Source: Chrysomallon squamiferum (lineage: Eukaryota; Animalia; Mollusca). From it: a stretch of 64,000 nt of DNA. This document shows positions 15,066 to 58,228 of the stretch, in pieces. Every line of letters begins with the position of its first letter. Positions within the stretch are counted from its first letter, which is position 1. The notes beneath the pieces are model-generated. The model ran no database searches. It saw nothing but the letters and a program-made list of their open reading frames with translations, and was not told where the DNA came from. The stretch is taken from positions 9,362,001-9,426,000 of the forward strand of contig CM022673.1 in the NCBI GenBank assembly GCA_012295275.1. The letters run 5' to 3'. A program made the position numbers and the translations under genes.

Positions 15066-15830
15066 AATTCTTAAAGTGTTAAATTGCAAAGTAAAATTAG
15101 TTACACGAGTTGAAATCTTTGCTGAGAAAGCGAAAAGGGGAAAGGGGAAGAGGTGAAACAAAAGAGAAAGAGAGCATTTTGAAACACTGATTAACATGGC
15201 AGGCCCTGTTTTGTTAAAAATAATAACAGTGTCAGATTTAATCAAATTTGTGGGCTTTTGTAAATTCATTACATTCTACTGTATTACTAATTTCAATCGG
15301 AAAGAAAAAAAAAAGGCTTTTAAGTCCAGGGAATGAATACAGCTTACGCACACAATCAAAATCGCAACCCAGAATTCAATTGTTTCAGCCTCCGTTGCAC
15401 GTGCGGACACGTGCCGTGGTTGAAATAGCCAGGTCCGCGGCGAGAATTGGGCGGATGGCGAGGTGGATGTGAACGTCATCCGTCCACGGTGTTGGCATTG
15501 TTTCCTTGTTTGTTGACAGTGATCGCGTCAAACTGCGCTTTTCCAATCTTTCAGCAGCGTCCCGACAACGTTATCAACGCCGATGACCATAACACTGGTT
15601 CCCATTGTCGTAAAGTCAAAACGCAGAGCGATAAAACTGACGTCCCCGTCATAAAGTGATTGCAGACGACGTGAAATGTGATTAATTACCTGTGATGCTT
15701 TTGCACGCGCCGCGCGACACGCGCTGGCAGGCACGTGACGCTGACCACCACTCGATAATTGTTTTCAACGGCTGCGTGAAAGAGAAAGGACAAAATATTA
15801 TTCTGCCCCGCTTTTGTGCCACTGTTTATT
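13880..15830. promoter_or_regulatory. CpG-rich non-coding islands (putative enhancers)
   Basis: Complex CpG-rich sequence between microsatellites; two copies of CGACACTGATACC and several CACGTG E-boxes in 15398-15740; no credible ORF. Confidence 0.4.
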
Positions 15831-15929
15831 AACACTAATTCATACACAGTACATGTGTATTATTAAAATATAATGCAAATGTTATTCAGAATGTATTCAC
15901 GATAATCCGATCAAAATGAAATGAACGTT

Positions 15930-15970
<41 letters not shown>

Positions 15971-16109
15971 CCAATTTTCTTTATTATTTGTTTTTTAGTT
16001 ATTCGAACAAAAAAACCGAAAGTCAATCTCCAAACGACCCGCATGTTTCGACTTAAGAACACGTTTCACAAAAAAAAAAACTTTCGAATTGACAGAAATT
16101 GCTTTAGAA

Positions 16110-16220
16110 AATATTACCGGAAGTAATGTTTTGTCATTTTGACTTTGCATGATGGGAACTGGAAGAGGTTATTGCTGGGAGTCACGAAATTGAAAAATAA
16201 AAGTGAAATATAAATCTTCT
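16110..16220 (+). promoter_or_regulatory. Candidate promoter: ETS site, ZNF143/Staf-like site and TATA-like element
   Basis: ACCGGAAGT at 16116-16124; TTGCATGATGGGAACTG from 16145 (SBS-like); second GCTGGGAGT at about 16174; TATAAAT at about 16209. Confidence 0.4.
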
Positions 16221-16804
16221 TTTAGTTAGGTACTTTAATTGTTACAAAAGAGATGAAGAATCTAAACGTATTGCTCTAATTTTTTGTGTTGCAGTTTTTA
16301 GCGATGCGCTAAGTGCCGTGGTCGACTCGTTCCTCTGTATCGAAAGTTTAGCGCAAAAACAATTTACCGCATAGCCGGCACGTAACAGAATTATATGCAG
16401 AACTGAACAAGCCATTCTTTTTGTAAAAATCCGTATTTGTTTGCACCTAATGACTGCTTTTAAAATTGCAATTTATAAATGTTTTATTGGGTCGACAGAG
16501 ATTTTGAGTTTAAATAACAAGCAGGATTTGCATGCTGCAGTTGATGAATCATTACATGTATTTACCTGTGTGCGTGTTTTTATTTATTTATTGTTACTGT
16601 TATTAAAGGTTTTTTGTTGTCTGTTCTTATTTTATTTATTTTTTTAATTTTAGAAAAATGTTTTGTTTTGATCTTACTGCCTTTGTTAAGAACAAAGCAT
16701 AAGAACTACAAAAATAGTAAAATCGAGAAATTTTCAATAAAAACTGAAATAAAAATGCGGTCGATTTACCGAACTAAACATAGTGATTAAGAAAAGTAAA
16801 CTAA

Positions 16805-16907
<103 letters not shown>

Positions 16908-17094
16908 ACGTCAAGTACCAATTGCCCCTTAATCTTTGACGAAAAAACCCATTGTAAACGGAGATGCTGTTAAAGGAGCAAATGTCTCATTCAGTTCAAT
17001 ACAATTAACACCTTATGCTAAATCCCGTTCCAACAAGTATCCAACGATTATTATATATATATATAAAATAACACTGAGATTAGTTTAAATATGT

Positions 17095-17100
17095 TTTATT
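17095..17100 (-). terminator. Candidate distal polyadenylation signal (AATAAA) of the ANKS1 transcript
   Basis: Minus-strand AATAAA with UGUA elements upstream and U/GU-rich sequence downstream; lies where CpG-poor sequence ends. AATAAA is common in this DNA. Confidence 0.3.
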
Positions 17101-18713
17101 GACAGTTTCACTGTTATTTATGTACAAAACTACATACTCTCCAGCGCAATAATTAATGTGTGATTTAGTTACAGCAACACTATGGCAATATATACAGCAA
17201 AAAAAAAAAATATATAGAGATTATTTTGTACATAATGAAACCTCTGCATAAATTTGTATCTATCACATGTATAGCAAGACATTTGATTCTTGTTTAAATT
17301 GGAACTGTACTAGAGAATTCTGAAATATCATTCCTCTACTATAAAAAAAGAAAAAATAATAATAATAATAATAATAATAATAATTTAATAATTTGAATTT
17401 GTCAATAATTATAATTAATTTTCTTTTTTTTTTGTATATAACCAAGCAATATTATTTAAGCTGAATAAATTATATTCCTAAAAAAAAAATGTTTTATTAT
17501 TTAAAGAAAAGTAATTAAAAAATGGATACATGGGTATGTAAGAACAGAATCATATATGTGTGATTCCTATGCAGACATGAAACATAAGGCCTTGTCTCTT
17601 CCTATCAAAAGCATCTTAAATAAAATACATTTTAAAAATAAATCAATCTGCTGCAAATTATTGTTTTGTCTGATTCATTGTGAAAACAAACAAAAAAATC
17701 TGAAATATCTGAAAAGAAACAAAATAATGTTACATATTTTATGCAGCATATAAGCAAAATGTGCGTTTTAAAAATTACAGTTTACTCTTTGACTACTTCA
17801 ATTTTTCTAATAGCCAAATATATTATTTTTTTAATTGATCATGTAACTGATTGAATTATTTTCTTCTTTTTTTCAAGGAATTAATTTATATTACTTATGA
17901 AAACATATATATATACATATATATATTCATTATTTAAATAACCTGCAGTTAATGACTGCTAAACATGTTAATGAACACACACAAACCATAAACCAATGAT
18001 GCATTTAACAATACGTTGATGAAAAACACATTCGTTGCTGAACTTGTTGTAATACAGAAGGTTGCTAAAACCATTTATCTACAATTTGCAAAATAAGTTA
18101 ATATTATTTCTTAAACAGAATATTTGTAAGATGATGAAAGCCACCACTGTCCACAATTAGCCCAAATATGTTAATTCGTGTTAAATTATTATAATCAGCT
18201 GCTTCTACTGGCACCAGACAATTTATCTTGCAAGTCAGAGACCAGAGATGAATCAATATTTCAGAATTTTTCAGGAATTTTTTATTTAAATATTTATTTT
18301 ATTTTACTTTATTATTTTATTTTATTTTTTATTTTATTTTCTCTTATTTTTTTATTTTATTTTTTATTTTTTACCATTTATTTATAAATATATATATATA
18401 TTTTTTTTTTGTACTAACGGTTAATATATAATTAAATTATAAAAATAACTAAAAGTAAAGAACTAAATGGTATTTAACAGACACTGCAAAAGAAGATGTT
18501 TAGTTAACTCTGGTTTCGTAGAAGCCAGATAAATGGTCTGGCAGCCATACAACTATTATTTAAAACTAATCAAATGTAAAGCACTTTATTATTATTATGT
18601 TAAGTACTTGGTTACATTACACAAGCTGAAACTCTATCTGGAATTTCTTAATGTGACCAGTGTCTATCTACTTATATATCTATGTATATTTAAATAGAGA
18701 ACATTCTTTAAGT

Positions 18714-18757
18714 CCGGGATGGTAAACTTATGGCACATGTGCACAAAGTGGCACTCA
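18714..18757 (+). mobile_element. Possible hAT transposon 5' terminal fragment
   Basis: ccgggatggtaaacttatggcacatgtgcacaaagtggcactc resembles hAT ends of the CAGTGATGGCGAACCTATGGCAC...GTGGCAC type (from memory). No matching right end found. Confidence 0.35.
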
Positions 18758-20618
18758 AAAAAAAAAAAAAAAAAAAAAAAAAACTGCTATGAAAATTCCA
18801 AATAATAAGCCAGAGATCCAAATATCACCTGTGCCATTGTTGAAAATAAAACAGCTTTTCTATCAAAGATACTCCTCTATGCTTGCATTTGGTGTGTGTC
18901 CAACTTCTAATGTGCCATCATTTTATTTATTTTTATTTTTACTTTTTTTTTTTTTTTTTTAACAGACACAATACTAGATGATATATAGTCAAAATCAAGT
19001 TGAAAAAAAAAAAAAAATAAATAAAATACAAAAAAAATCCCACTAAGTATCTGGATTTGGTTAAGACTGCTGAACCAGTTGGTTCTTTTAATCTGGTTTA
19101 TTTGCTTAACAAATGCCCACATAATCCACCCTTTATCAAAAGTATGATAAAGAAAAAAAAAAAAAAAAAAAAAAGAAAAACTCTTCATCCTTTCTATTAG
19201 TACATTAATACACATAATATGTAAGTATGGACATATATTTCTGTTTTAATAATTAAAGAACAATATAATTAATATGTATATAAATTATTTTAGAAACTAC
19301 ATTATCTGGCCGTATTTGATGGTACAAAATCTACAAGAGTTTGAATGTTGGTCACACTTAAAAAAACCAATGGTGTAGGATTAACAAACGTACCTGATTC
19401 CAAGAGTTTCAGTTTGTATTACTATGTTTAAATACATTACTCAGCCCAATTAGCTACAAACTCTAGATGCAGAAAACAGCCCAAGTTTATATACACAGTG
19501 AAATCATACATCTTGAGCAAGTGGTACATACAGCTTGTATGCCACAATAAAAATAAAAATGCATATATACACTACTTACTTATCTTACATGCAGATAAAA
19601 ATATATATTTAACTATTCTTACATATATAAACACATACATCAGTTGCGTTCAACTGTATGAACTGTATTTAGAGTCAATCAATGTTCAAACATGCCTTTC
19701 TTGGGCATACATTTAAAAATCTGTGATGTCTTTCCAAGATAATTATTAGTCTTAGAGAACAGTATAGTAATTTCTATGAAGGTGAAATATTCTTTTCAGT
19801 TGAAAGTTAATATAAAACTTTTTCACTTGTCTACAGACAAGAGCCCAAATCATTATACAATCCAATAACCTACTAGTTTTGAACCTGGTTCATTAGTTTT
19901 GAACATTTTTAAAGCTAAAAGAATTAAAGCATTTAATCAGTTAATGAATATGATTATCATTGTATAAATATATGTAATAAATTTACATCCAATTTTAATG
20001 TGGTATTTATTATTAACAAATTTTCATCACTTTGAATATCCAAGACTTTTATAAATTAATACCATATGTTAGGTAATTTTTTATTATTATTTTTTTATTA
20101 TTATTATTATTTTAATTTAAAAACTTTTTGTTAAAGGACAAAAGAAAAGTAATTCATTAAATTTCTTTGGTGTTGGATGCAGGTTTTTCATATTTATGAT
20201 ATGAATTCATTACATTTCTATGTTATTAGCACCATTATTTTTAATTTTTAATTTTGACATTTTTTAATTTTTTCAAAAATATTCACCCAACAGAGTACTT
20301 TTCTTTATGCACTGACAGATCAGAACTTGTTTAAAAACTGCAAGCTGTTCCTGATCAAAGGTTTTAAAAGTCAACTACTTCTGAGGGTTTTGAAGGTTCT
20401 TGTATGTATATAAATGTAAATTTAAAGTTTTGAAGAAAGCAACTGATGCATAGATAATCTATAATAGAGCAAAAAGTGTACATAAGAAAAAAAAGAAAAA
20501 AAAGTCAAGATGTTTATTATGCTTTTGTTTTGGTAGGCACTAAGATATGTGATTTTGAAAAAGGAAAAAAAAAAAGAAAGATAAAAATAATTTTTGCATT
20601 TGCATATATCTTTACTGC

Positions 20619-20666
<48 letters not shown>

Positions 20667-23600
20667 TAATAAAGAAGAAGGGAAAAGGAAGGAAGGAAAA
20701 ACAAAGAAAGTGTGTTCTGTGAAAGTAAAAATGGATATAATTATCAAATTAATTATCAAATTTTAATAAAATTCATTTTGAATAAATGCAGTAGTTTTCT
20801 TTGAAATAAATTGTCTTTCTTTCTTATTTTTGGTTTATTTATTAGTTTAAATTGACTCAAAGCACTTTTAATTAACTATTCTAGCCATATGAATTAATTA
20901 TTTATATATTTATTTATTTATTTATTATTTATTTATTTATAATTTAAATTTTGAAAACAACACATTTCAGGCTCAAAGACATATTAATAAATACATCCTA
21001 TATATAACTACACAACACACAAAATGATAAGTTTTAAAAATCACATACATGAATGTACAAACAATGGCTTTTGTGAAACATGTACAAACAGACTGTACGT
21101 TTAATTTGTACGTAGACCTGCTAATGCCTGTTTATAAACGGCAATATACAAATTATTAAAAATCATAGTTTTGGTGATTCACGAATTTTCAGAACCGGAA
21201 GACTGTGATCTTCTGTTCAACACACACTGATATTTAATCATTAAAAATAATCTGTCAGTTGGAGGTCTAAGGGGGAAATATTTTCTTTATACAAAAAACT
21301 CTAAATGTTTTTCATATATTTATAGATATAATTTACTTGGCAGTTACGCTAAAGGTCAAAGGTAGACATATTAATGAATAAAAATTCTGAATCACAGTAA
21401 AATTAAAAAAAAAAAAAAATTATAATATATGAGTTATCGTCGTTCTAATTTAATAAGGAATTTATTTTTGTCAGATCGCTTATTAAATAAATATAAAATA
21501 ATATGATTTATGTTAAAAAGATATATTTGGTCCAGGAAAAAAAATGTAGTGATTGTGATTTTCATAAAGAAAATGTTTTTTTTTTTTTTTTTTTAATTTC
21601 ATAATCTTTTTTTTTTTTTGATTTCATATTAATTTTGAATTTGTATATATTTAATATTAAAACTATATACACTATATTTTAAAACTATCTATATCACGAT
21701 TTCATTATGTGTGTGTATGTGTGTGCATGTGTGTGTTTGTGTGTAACATATATAATATACATTATGTATACTATGAAAATATGATCAAAGACTAAAATTA
21801 GTTATATAAATATGTATTTCATGAAAAGATCTTTTATTTAACATAAATAAATTCCTGTTAATGAATTAATTTATGTTAATCTTCCAAGTATATGAAAATA
21901 TGTGTGATATGTAGAAGAATTAAGGCTAAAATGTTGCTGACTGTAAATGAATTATTTTATAATTATAAAGAAAACAAAACTACTATTGATTATAAACAAA
22001 ATATAAATGTTGTGAACAAACAATAAAAAGCAAGTACTGTTCAGAAAAAAAAATATTGATTATTGACAAAACACAATGAAATATTTATCTGAATTAAATA
22101 ATTATTTAAAAAAAAAAAAAGTTCAAATTATATTTTGATTTTATATTTAATATTTCTGCCCAGTACAAGTATTCAGAAAACAATAGACCAATATATATAA
22201 TAATGATAATAATAATAATAAGAAAAAATAATAATAATCATAATCATACTTATGATATAATATAATGATAATAATAAGAAGAATAGTAATAGTATATAAA
22301 TAATCTCAAAAGTATATAGGTTTACATTAAAAGAAATATTTGGTGTAGAAAAAAATGTAACCAATGACTGAAAAGAAATACAATTTACATTTTATGGTCT
22401 ACATAAAATTATATTATTCACTATCATTTAAACTGAGTTTTTCATCTTATGATAAAGAACATCCTTGAAATAAATACAAGTTTTAAAAATAAACTGTAAA
22501 AAAAACAACATTCTGCGACACATAAAATGTATAATAATAGAATTTTAAATGCTGTCATTAAGTGTAAATGAATAAAAAAAAAAATAAAAACTGAGAAATT
22601 TTATTCATAAACTGAAAATGACTAAAAATTTAAAACAAGCTGCTGGAAATAGGGTTGGTTTAAAAAAAAAAAACTAAAAATTTAATTTTCAATCTTTAAT
22701 ATCCCAACAAAGAGTTTTTTATTTCACTTTATTAAAACTGCCAAAATTTCCTGATTTCTTATAATTAGTTTTCTTTTTTTTGAAATAAAATATGGCAAAT
22801 GTTAAATTTGGCAGTGTTTGTCTCTTGAGGCTTTTTTCTATTATGAGATTTAAAATATCACAAATTTTCATTTTCTACACTTGGCCATGGCCAGTTTGTG
22901 ATTTCTTGTTGTAAAATAATGTCCAGTGTTGACAATAAAGAAATAAAATTTCAAAGTGTTGATAAATTACACAGAATATTATAATAATCAGTTAGCATAC
23001 TAACAAATAAAAAATTATGATTATTATTTTAGTTTTTTCTAATTATCTTTGTTAATTTTTATAATTAACAGTTAAATTAAATGATGAAAAAAAAAATTCA
23101 TTATATTATTTTCATTACTTATAAAAAAGAAAAAAAAAAAAACATTTTTTTTAATTAAAAAAATATGTAGCTTGTAAGATTTGAACCAACAACCTTACAC
23201 TTCCAAATATTTTAACTATATCACATAGAAGGATAAACGACACTACAGTTAACACACAAGTACTGATATACATAACATTACACACAGATGAGATGGTATT
23301 ATCTTAATTTTAAAATTACTGAGATCAAAGGATCTTCTCATACATATGTTGGAAGAAGGAATTTGAAAAAAAAATTAAATAAATTTGTTTTTGTAATATA
23401 CATGGTCTTATAACCACGTAATAATAATTTTAATAATAATAATAATATCTGAAATTTAGCTATCACAATGATTATATATGCATACACTGTGTATCGTGTT
23501 TATAGAAACCTTTCACCACAGCTGTTATTCTTTTCTTGTCCTGAGGCTCATGTGCTGTTCTTTTTCTCTTTTAGGGAAACCTGAAAAATACCACAGACAG

Positions 23601-24094
23601 TTTTAGTAAATAAACTGTTCACTAAAACAGAAAGAATATGTTGGGGTTTTGGGGGTTTCTTTTGTCTTCTTCTTCTCCTTTTAAAGGAGAAATCCAAAAT
23701 ACATCACAAACTGTCATGTGACGTCATATCTTGTTTTGTTTTGTTCTGTTTGATAATGTTATGTAATGTTATATTTTGTAATATTATGTTGTTACTATGT
23801 TCTGCTCTGTTCTGTTTTCTTCTCTTCTATTCAATTCAATTCAATTCAATTCAATTCAGTTCAGTTCAATTCAATTCAATTCAATTCAGTTCAGTTCAAT
23901 TCAATTCAATTCATTGATTTTGCTTGTTTGTTTGTTTGTTTGTTTGTTTGTTTGTTTGTTTGTTTGATTGATTGATTGTTTGTTTGTTTGTACTAACTAA
24001 ATGAATGAATGAATTATTAATTAATTTTTTATTGAAATACCAACATTTTTTTTTTATTAGCAATCAAATAATTATTTAATTTCTAAATTGGAAT

Positions 24095-24220
24095 ATCAGA
24101 GAAGAAACCAGGAGCCTCCATACTCTCACGACATGCAGGAAATACGCCATTACTGATCACCGACTGGAACAGGAAAACAGCCCAAAATGCAAAGAAGGGG
24201 AATCGATTAGAAAACCAAAC
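24095..24220 (-). mobile_element. Highly degenerate, internally deleted SINE fragment
   Basis: gaaacc...ctggaacaggaaaacagcccaa...ggggaatcgat has the same motif order as the other copies. Confidence 0.35.
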
Positions 24221-24379
24221 TGAATTACAACCATCTTTGTTACATTTTAATAACAAAAAAAAAAATGTGAAAATAAGTAGGTGGGGAAATTGATCCTAAA
24301 ACCTGCAGCTTCTAAGATTAACATGCAACCTGCTGAATTATAAACCCAGCATTAGAAATAAGTAGCCAGGTTTACATGA

Positions 24380-25960
24380 CCCATGGAGGAGAAAGGTCGA
24401 CACGTTTTGAAAAAAAAGCCAGCACAATGACTTTAAACAGTGATGAATTTCTCATCACCCATTTGTAATGCTATTTATCAAACAACAAGCAAATAGCAGT
24501 GACATAAAAATCACATCAACTCTGCAAGTGACTGCAACAAAAGGACCGACCATTCTCTTCTTTTCACGGCTACCTACAATTATTTCCAGCGCAAGGCCGG
24601 GCTGGAAGAAGAGACTGCAGATCTGGCGGGCTTTACGTGACAAGAGAACCTCGCAGTGAACAGTTACTACATCCATCAAAAACAAATCGACTGGTTGGGT
24701 CAAACATGGCTTGTCGTCGATCGTCCATTAACTCCTCAATTGAAACACTTTTTTCTCCATCAGCAAAGTCTCGCGGTAATGAGCACCCGCAGAAACATCG
24801 CCACGTCCACGCCAACTCGTCCCTTGTGACGGAGAAGACGATGCAGCGACAACAATGAGCCATGACTGTCGAGCATCGACTACGACAATGGCGTGATGAT
24901 ACCGGCCACATGGGCACACCTCATTGCTTGGGAGAAGTCTTCGGCAAATTGGAGGGTTTTTTTTTTTTTCAGACCGACACACAAAGCAGTTAATGGGATT
25001 TTTCTCAAACTCTCTTTTCGTTTTTATGTCTTTGATTAATGGTGTTGTCAGCAAATCTTTTATTTCTGGCAAAATATCAATTACAAGCCACAAGCTGAGA
25101 CAGGTTCAATATTTGGCACATCAATTAGCGATTGTAAACCTCGGCCAGATTTAGTTTATTGCCTTGGGAGGTTGCGACGGCTCCAGGAGCAAAACAATAT
25201 TTCTCCGTCCCTGAGAAACACATATACCACATCAAACCGCGGACTTCACACTCGACGATGCCCCATGCACGATGCTGTTGTACCATCTGCTCATTAATTT
25301 CTGTCCCTCAAAAGAAAAACAAGTCTTTTTGTCGCCGAGATAATTTCTTTTACTGTCGTGCAGCAGATGATGACAACGAGGTGGATATTGTTGCCCAAGT
25401 CGGCAGCCCCCATCGTCCCGCATCTCTGGGATGATTAACCAGCGACTCTGTCCATCCTCTTTTATTTATTTCTTTATTTTTTTTTCTCCTCTTTCTTTTC
25501 TCCGAACAATTGGGACCTTTCGTGCCCCGATTATTTCTCCTCTTTCATCACCCTTCGCTGTCATCGAACGTGGATTATTGCTTCTAAAAGAGCCTCGCAT
25601 CGCGACCGCTTCACTGGGTTTCTCGACTGCTGACCTGAGGGCGGAGGTCGACACTGATACCCTGCTTTAAACTAATTGATAAACTTCAATAATGATTAAA
25701 AATTATTAACCGCTTTCGCAGTCGTTGCTCTTTTTTTCTGTCATTCGTGCTGCCAAAGACAAACTGCAAACAACAGGGCCACGAGATGATCACGTTTGAA
25801 TTTTTTTTTTTCTCTCTCTCTCTCAAATAAAAAAAAACAACAAAACATCAAATTAATTTTTTTTTTTTTTTAAAACCCAGAGAAATGTCAGAAAGAGAGT
25901 GTGCGATGTCTGAAGGATCAGGATTTACTGTCAGCGTACGAACTCTTATGAATGTTAATT
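24380..25960. promoter_or_regulatory. CpG-rich, repeat-free non-coding island (putative enhancer/CNE)
   Basis: Much higher GC/CpG than its flanks, no coherent ORF or exon structure; contains TAATTA-like, TGATACC and ACAAT (Sox-like) motifs. Confidence 0.4.
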
Positions 25961-26732
25961 ATTTTGAAATGAAAAGTAAATTTAATTTCAGCATCTGAGC
26001 AATAGTTGTTTATTATTATTTGTATTATTGTTGTTGTTGTTGTTGTTGCGGTTAAATAACTTATTTTTCAAAAGCATGAAACAGTCTAAATCTTTTTTAA
26101 GTTAAAAATAAGATATGTATTAAAATAAATTTAAATGTTATTATTATTACAGTTAATACTTCTACTACTTCTTCTACAGCTAATTTAATGTATAATTTAA
26201 CTTTTAAATAAATACTAAAAATTATTTTTATACATAAAGTATTTTAAGTTAAAATAGTTTTATAAATATAACTAATATATTAAAATAAAAGTATATTTTG
26301 TTAGTCTTGTTGATATTGCTATTGTTGTTCTTATTATTTATATATTATCATTACAACCAATTATTATCACTATTAATATCATTATTATCATTATTATTAT
26401 TTAACATCATCATCATCTTTATTAAACAATTCTGTGTTTATGTTATATACTGATTATTTTAATTTTATGTTTAAACATAAAATAAAATAAATAATTAATG
26501 GCAAATGTGTATGTTAAATGTCAATATAATTAACCTGTGTATAACAAAACCTGTCTATTATGGCCAAACATAAATTTAACAGCACTTATAAATACCAATT
26601 GTTTCAAAATAACTCCTATCATATAAAACTGTCCAAAATTACTATCCAAAATGACCATTTCTCCATAGCAACAACCTGTCTAAAATATATCTTAACCTCA
26701 GAAAAAAGACCACTCATAAACTGACCATGTCT

Positions 26733-55988
<29,256 letters not shown>

Positions 55989-56129
55989 CTGCAATAAAAA
56001 GTTTATTTTTAAGTAATTTTATTACACTGTCATATATGAGTTATTAAACACTCAAAATAAATAAACTAATAAATCTTATTTATACACCATATTATCAAAA
56101 TGGGATGGGAGTAAACAACAGACTGGGAT

Positions 56130-56306
<177 letters not shown>

Positions 56307-58161
56307 ATTAAAACATATCTGCAATCTCCCAGATGCAGAGCCTGATAAGATAAAAAAAAAAAAAATTATAATTTTGTCTTACATCAAACTACTCTATTCA
56401 CCATTTGTAACACTTCAAATAAACTAACTCAGTTTACTTTTCAAATTTTCAAACCAATAACTAAACCAGCACAACCACTAACCACTGATTATACCATCAT
56501 CTCAATAATCAAACACCACAGATAAATAAAAAAAATAAAATAATAATAATAATATTTCCTACTGACCCAAACACAAACATCCATTTCCAAATCCAAAATG
56601 TACTGTCATGAATGTCTAAAATATTGCCTCTATTGGTGAATGCTCGACATTTCACAAGCCAGCTAATCTGCTAAATAAACTGGTCAGTCGCAGTAGTGCA
56701 AACACTGAAGTCAATGCCGCACAATCGCTCACTGTTGTCTGCTGAATGTCTGTGAAAAATTCCTGCTAATTATTGCTTGTTGTCAGGGGCAGTGACTATG
56801 TGTCTAAAAAGGGTGCTGCTGTTACCAGAGTGGAAGCTCTTGGATGTGATGATGTTTCTTAAGAAGTTTTGTCAAGAATTATTTAAGGTTGTTTAAGACA
56901 AAAAGATAACTGCAAATATATGCTTATCCAATGATAATATTATAATAAAACTTTTTTTTTTAAAGCTGTTGAATCTATATAATTAATGTTTTAGAATTAC
57001 GTTTCAGATGTCTAAATTTTACTAGGGTTTTAATGCTATCAATAAATGTTGGTTAATTTTAGGTAATTTAGAAATTGTACTGATAAAAATGTTTTTACTA
57101 TCAGTTGTAAATTGGACCCTGTGTATGAATTTAGAGGACTTCAAACTTCTGAATGTTTATAATATAAGCTAAAATTTTCAGGCACACTTCAAATTTGTTT
57201 GCTTGTTTATTTGTTTTACAAGTAGTAATTATATTAATGTTTCACATAAAGATATTCTTCACAAGGTTAACTGTGACTCTACTCTCAGGTATTGACAGAG
57301 GATGTAGAAACTTATGTTACTGTTCAAAGGTATTTGTAAGGGTATTTTTGGTAGCCCATATGAATAAATGTCCCATGATAAGTAAGAATGTACATGAACC
57401 CTTCATAATTTCTGATGAGTCATCTACTAATTCCACTATTACATTTCTTTAATGGAAGGCCTAAATGAACATTTTATTTATTTATTATTTTTTTTCCATT
57501 TAACAGACATTCTGATTTCATGTGCCCATATCAGAGATACTTTCATACAAGGTAACAATTTTAGGAACTAGTTTTCTTCATTCTTATCACCATCATCATC
57601 TATATAACTACATTTTTTTGAAGACATTTTTTTTTTTATTTTTTTATTTTTTTATTTTTTTTTAAATCTCTTGTTGACAGTTCAAGTCATAAGGAAGCCA
57701 ATATAGGCGTTTCTGATCTCCGCCTCCCACCCCCTGGCCCAGTGGATAGAACTGGCCCTCATTTCCATCAATGATAAATGAACTGTCCGAGATGAAGGAC
57801 TTGAGTAAATCTGATATAAAGAGATTAGTTCTTTTGTACCATTGGATACAGCCTGTATGACAGGGGTGAAATACTTGAATTTGATGTTTATTTACTGAAG
57901 TCACTGTACAAAATACTGTTTGGTAGATAGTAGAAAATAAGTATTGGTGTCTCTTACACAGAAGATAGAAGTTATAAAAAGGTTTTTTGTTTTTGTTTGT
58001 TTGTTTCTTTATTATTATTACAATTTCTACTACTACTGCTGCTATTACTACTACAGAATACTACTGCTATTCCAGTACAAAACAGTTTTATATATTTCAT
58101 GTGGATTTCCTTAGAAATACTGCTGTTACTATTGCTACTAATATTGTTATTACAATTGCTC

Positions 58162-58228
<67 letters not shown>

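Noticed and set aside
16305-16381. HDV-like ribozyme or -1 frameshift element
   Set aside because: The P1/P2 order is similar and TTCCTC is present, but P3 does not abut P1 and the P1.1 GG and catalytic J4/2 are missing. There is no canonical slippery heptamer or flanking ORF.
24455-25670. Cluster of overlapping 60-120 aa ORFs in a GC-rich island
   Set aside because: ORFs on both strands with no recognisable motif, broken by poly-T runs, and no consistent exon structure; better explained as non-coding regulatory DNA.
26520-26730. Possible decayed pogo-type MITE just after the stop codon (repeated aacctgtcta)
   Set aside because: No paired TIRs or TSD could be identified; too degenerate to call.
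57662-57904. Possible further upstream ANKS1 coding exon
   Set aside because: No convincing donor/acceptor pair in the required phase and no ANKS1-like or ankyrin sequence; the upstream exons appear to lie outside the window.
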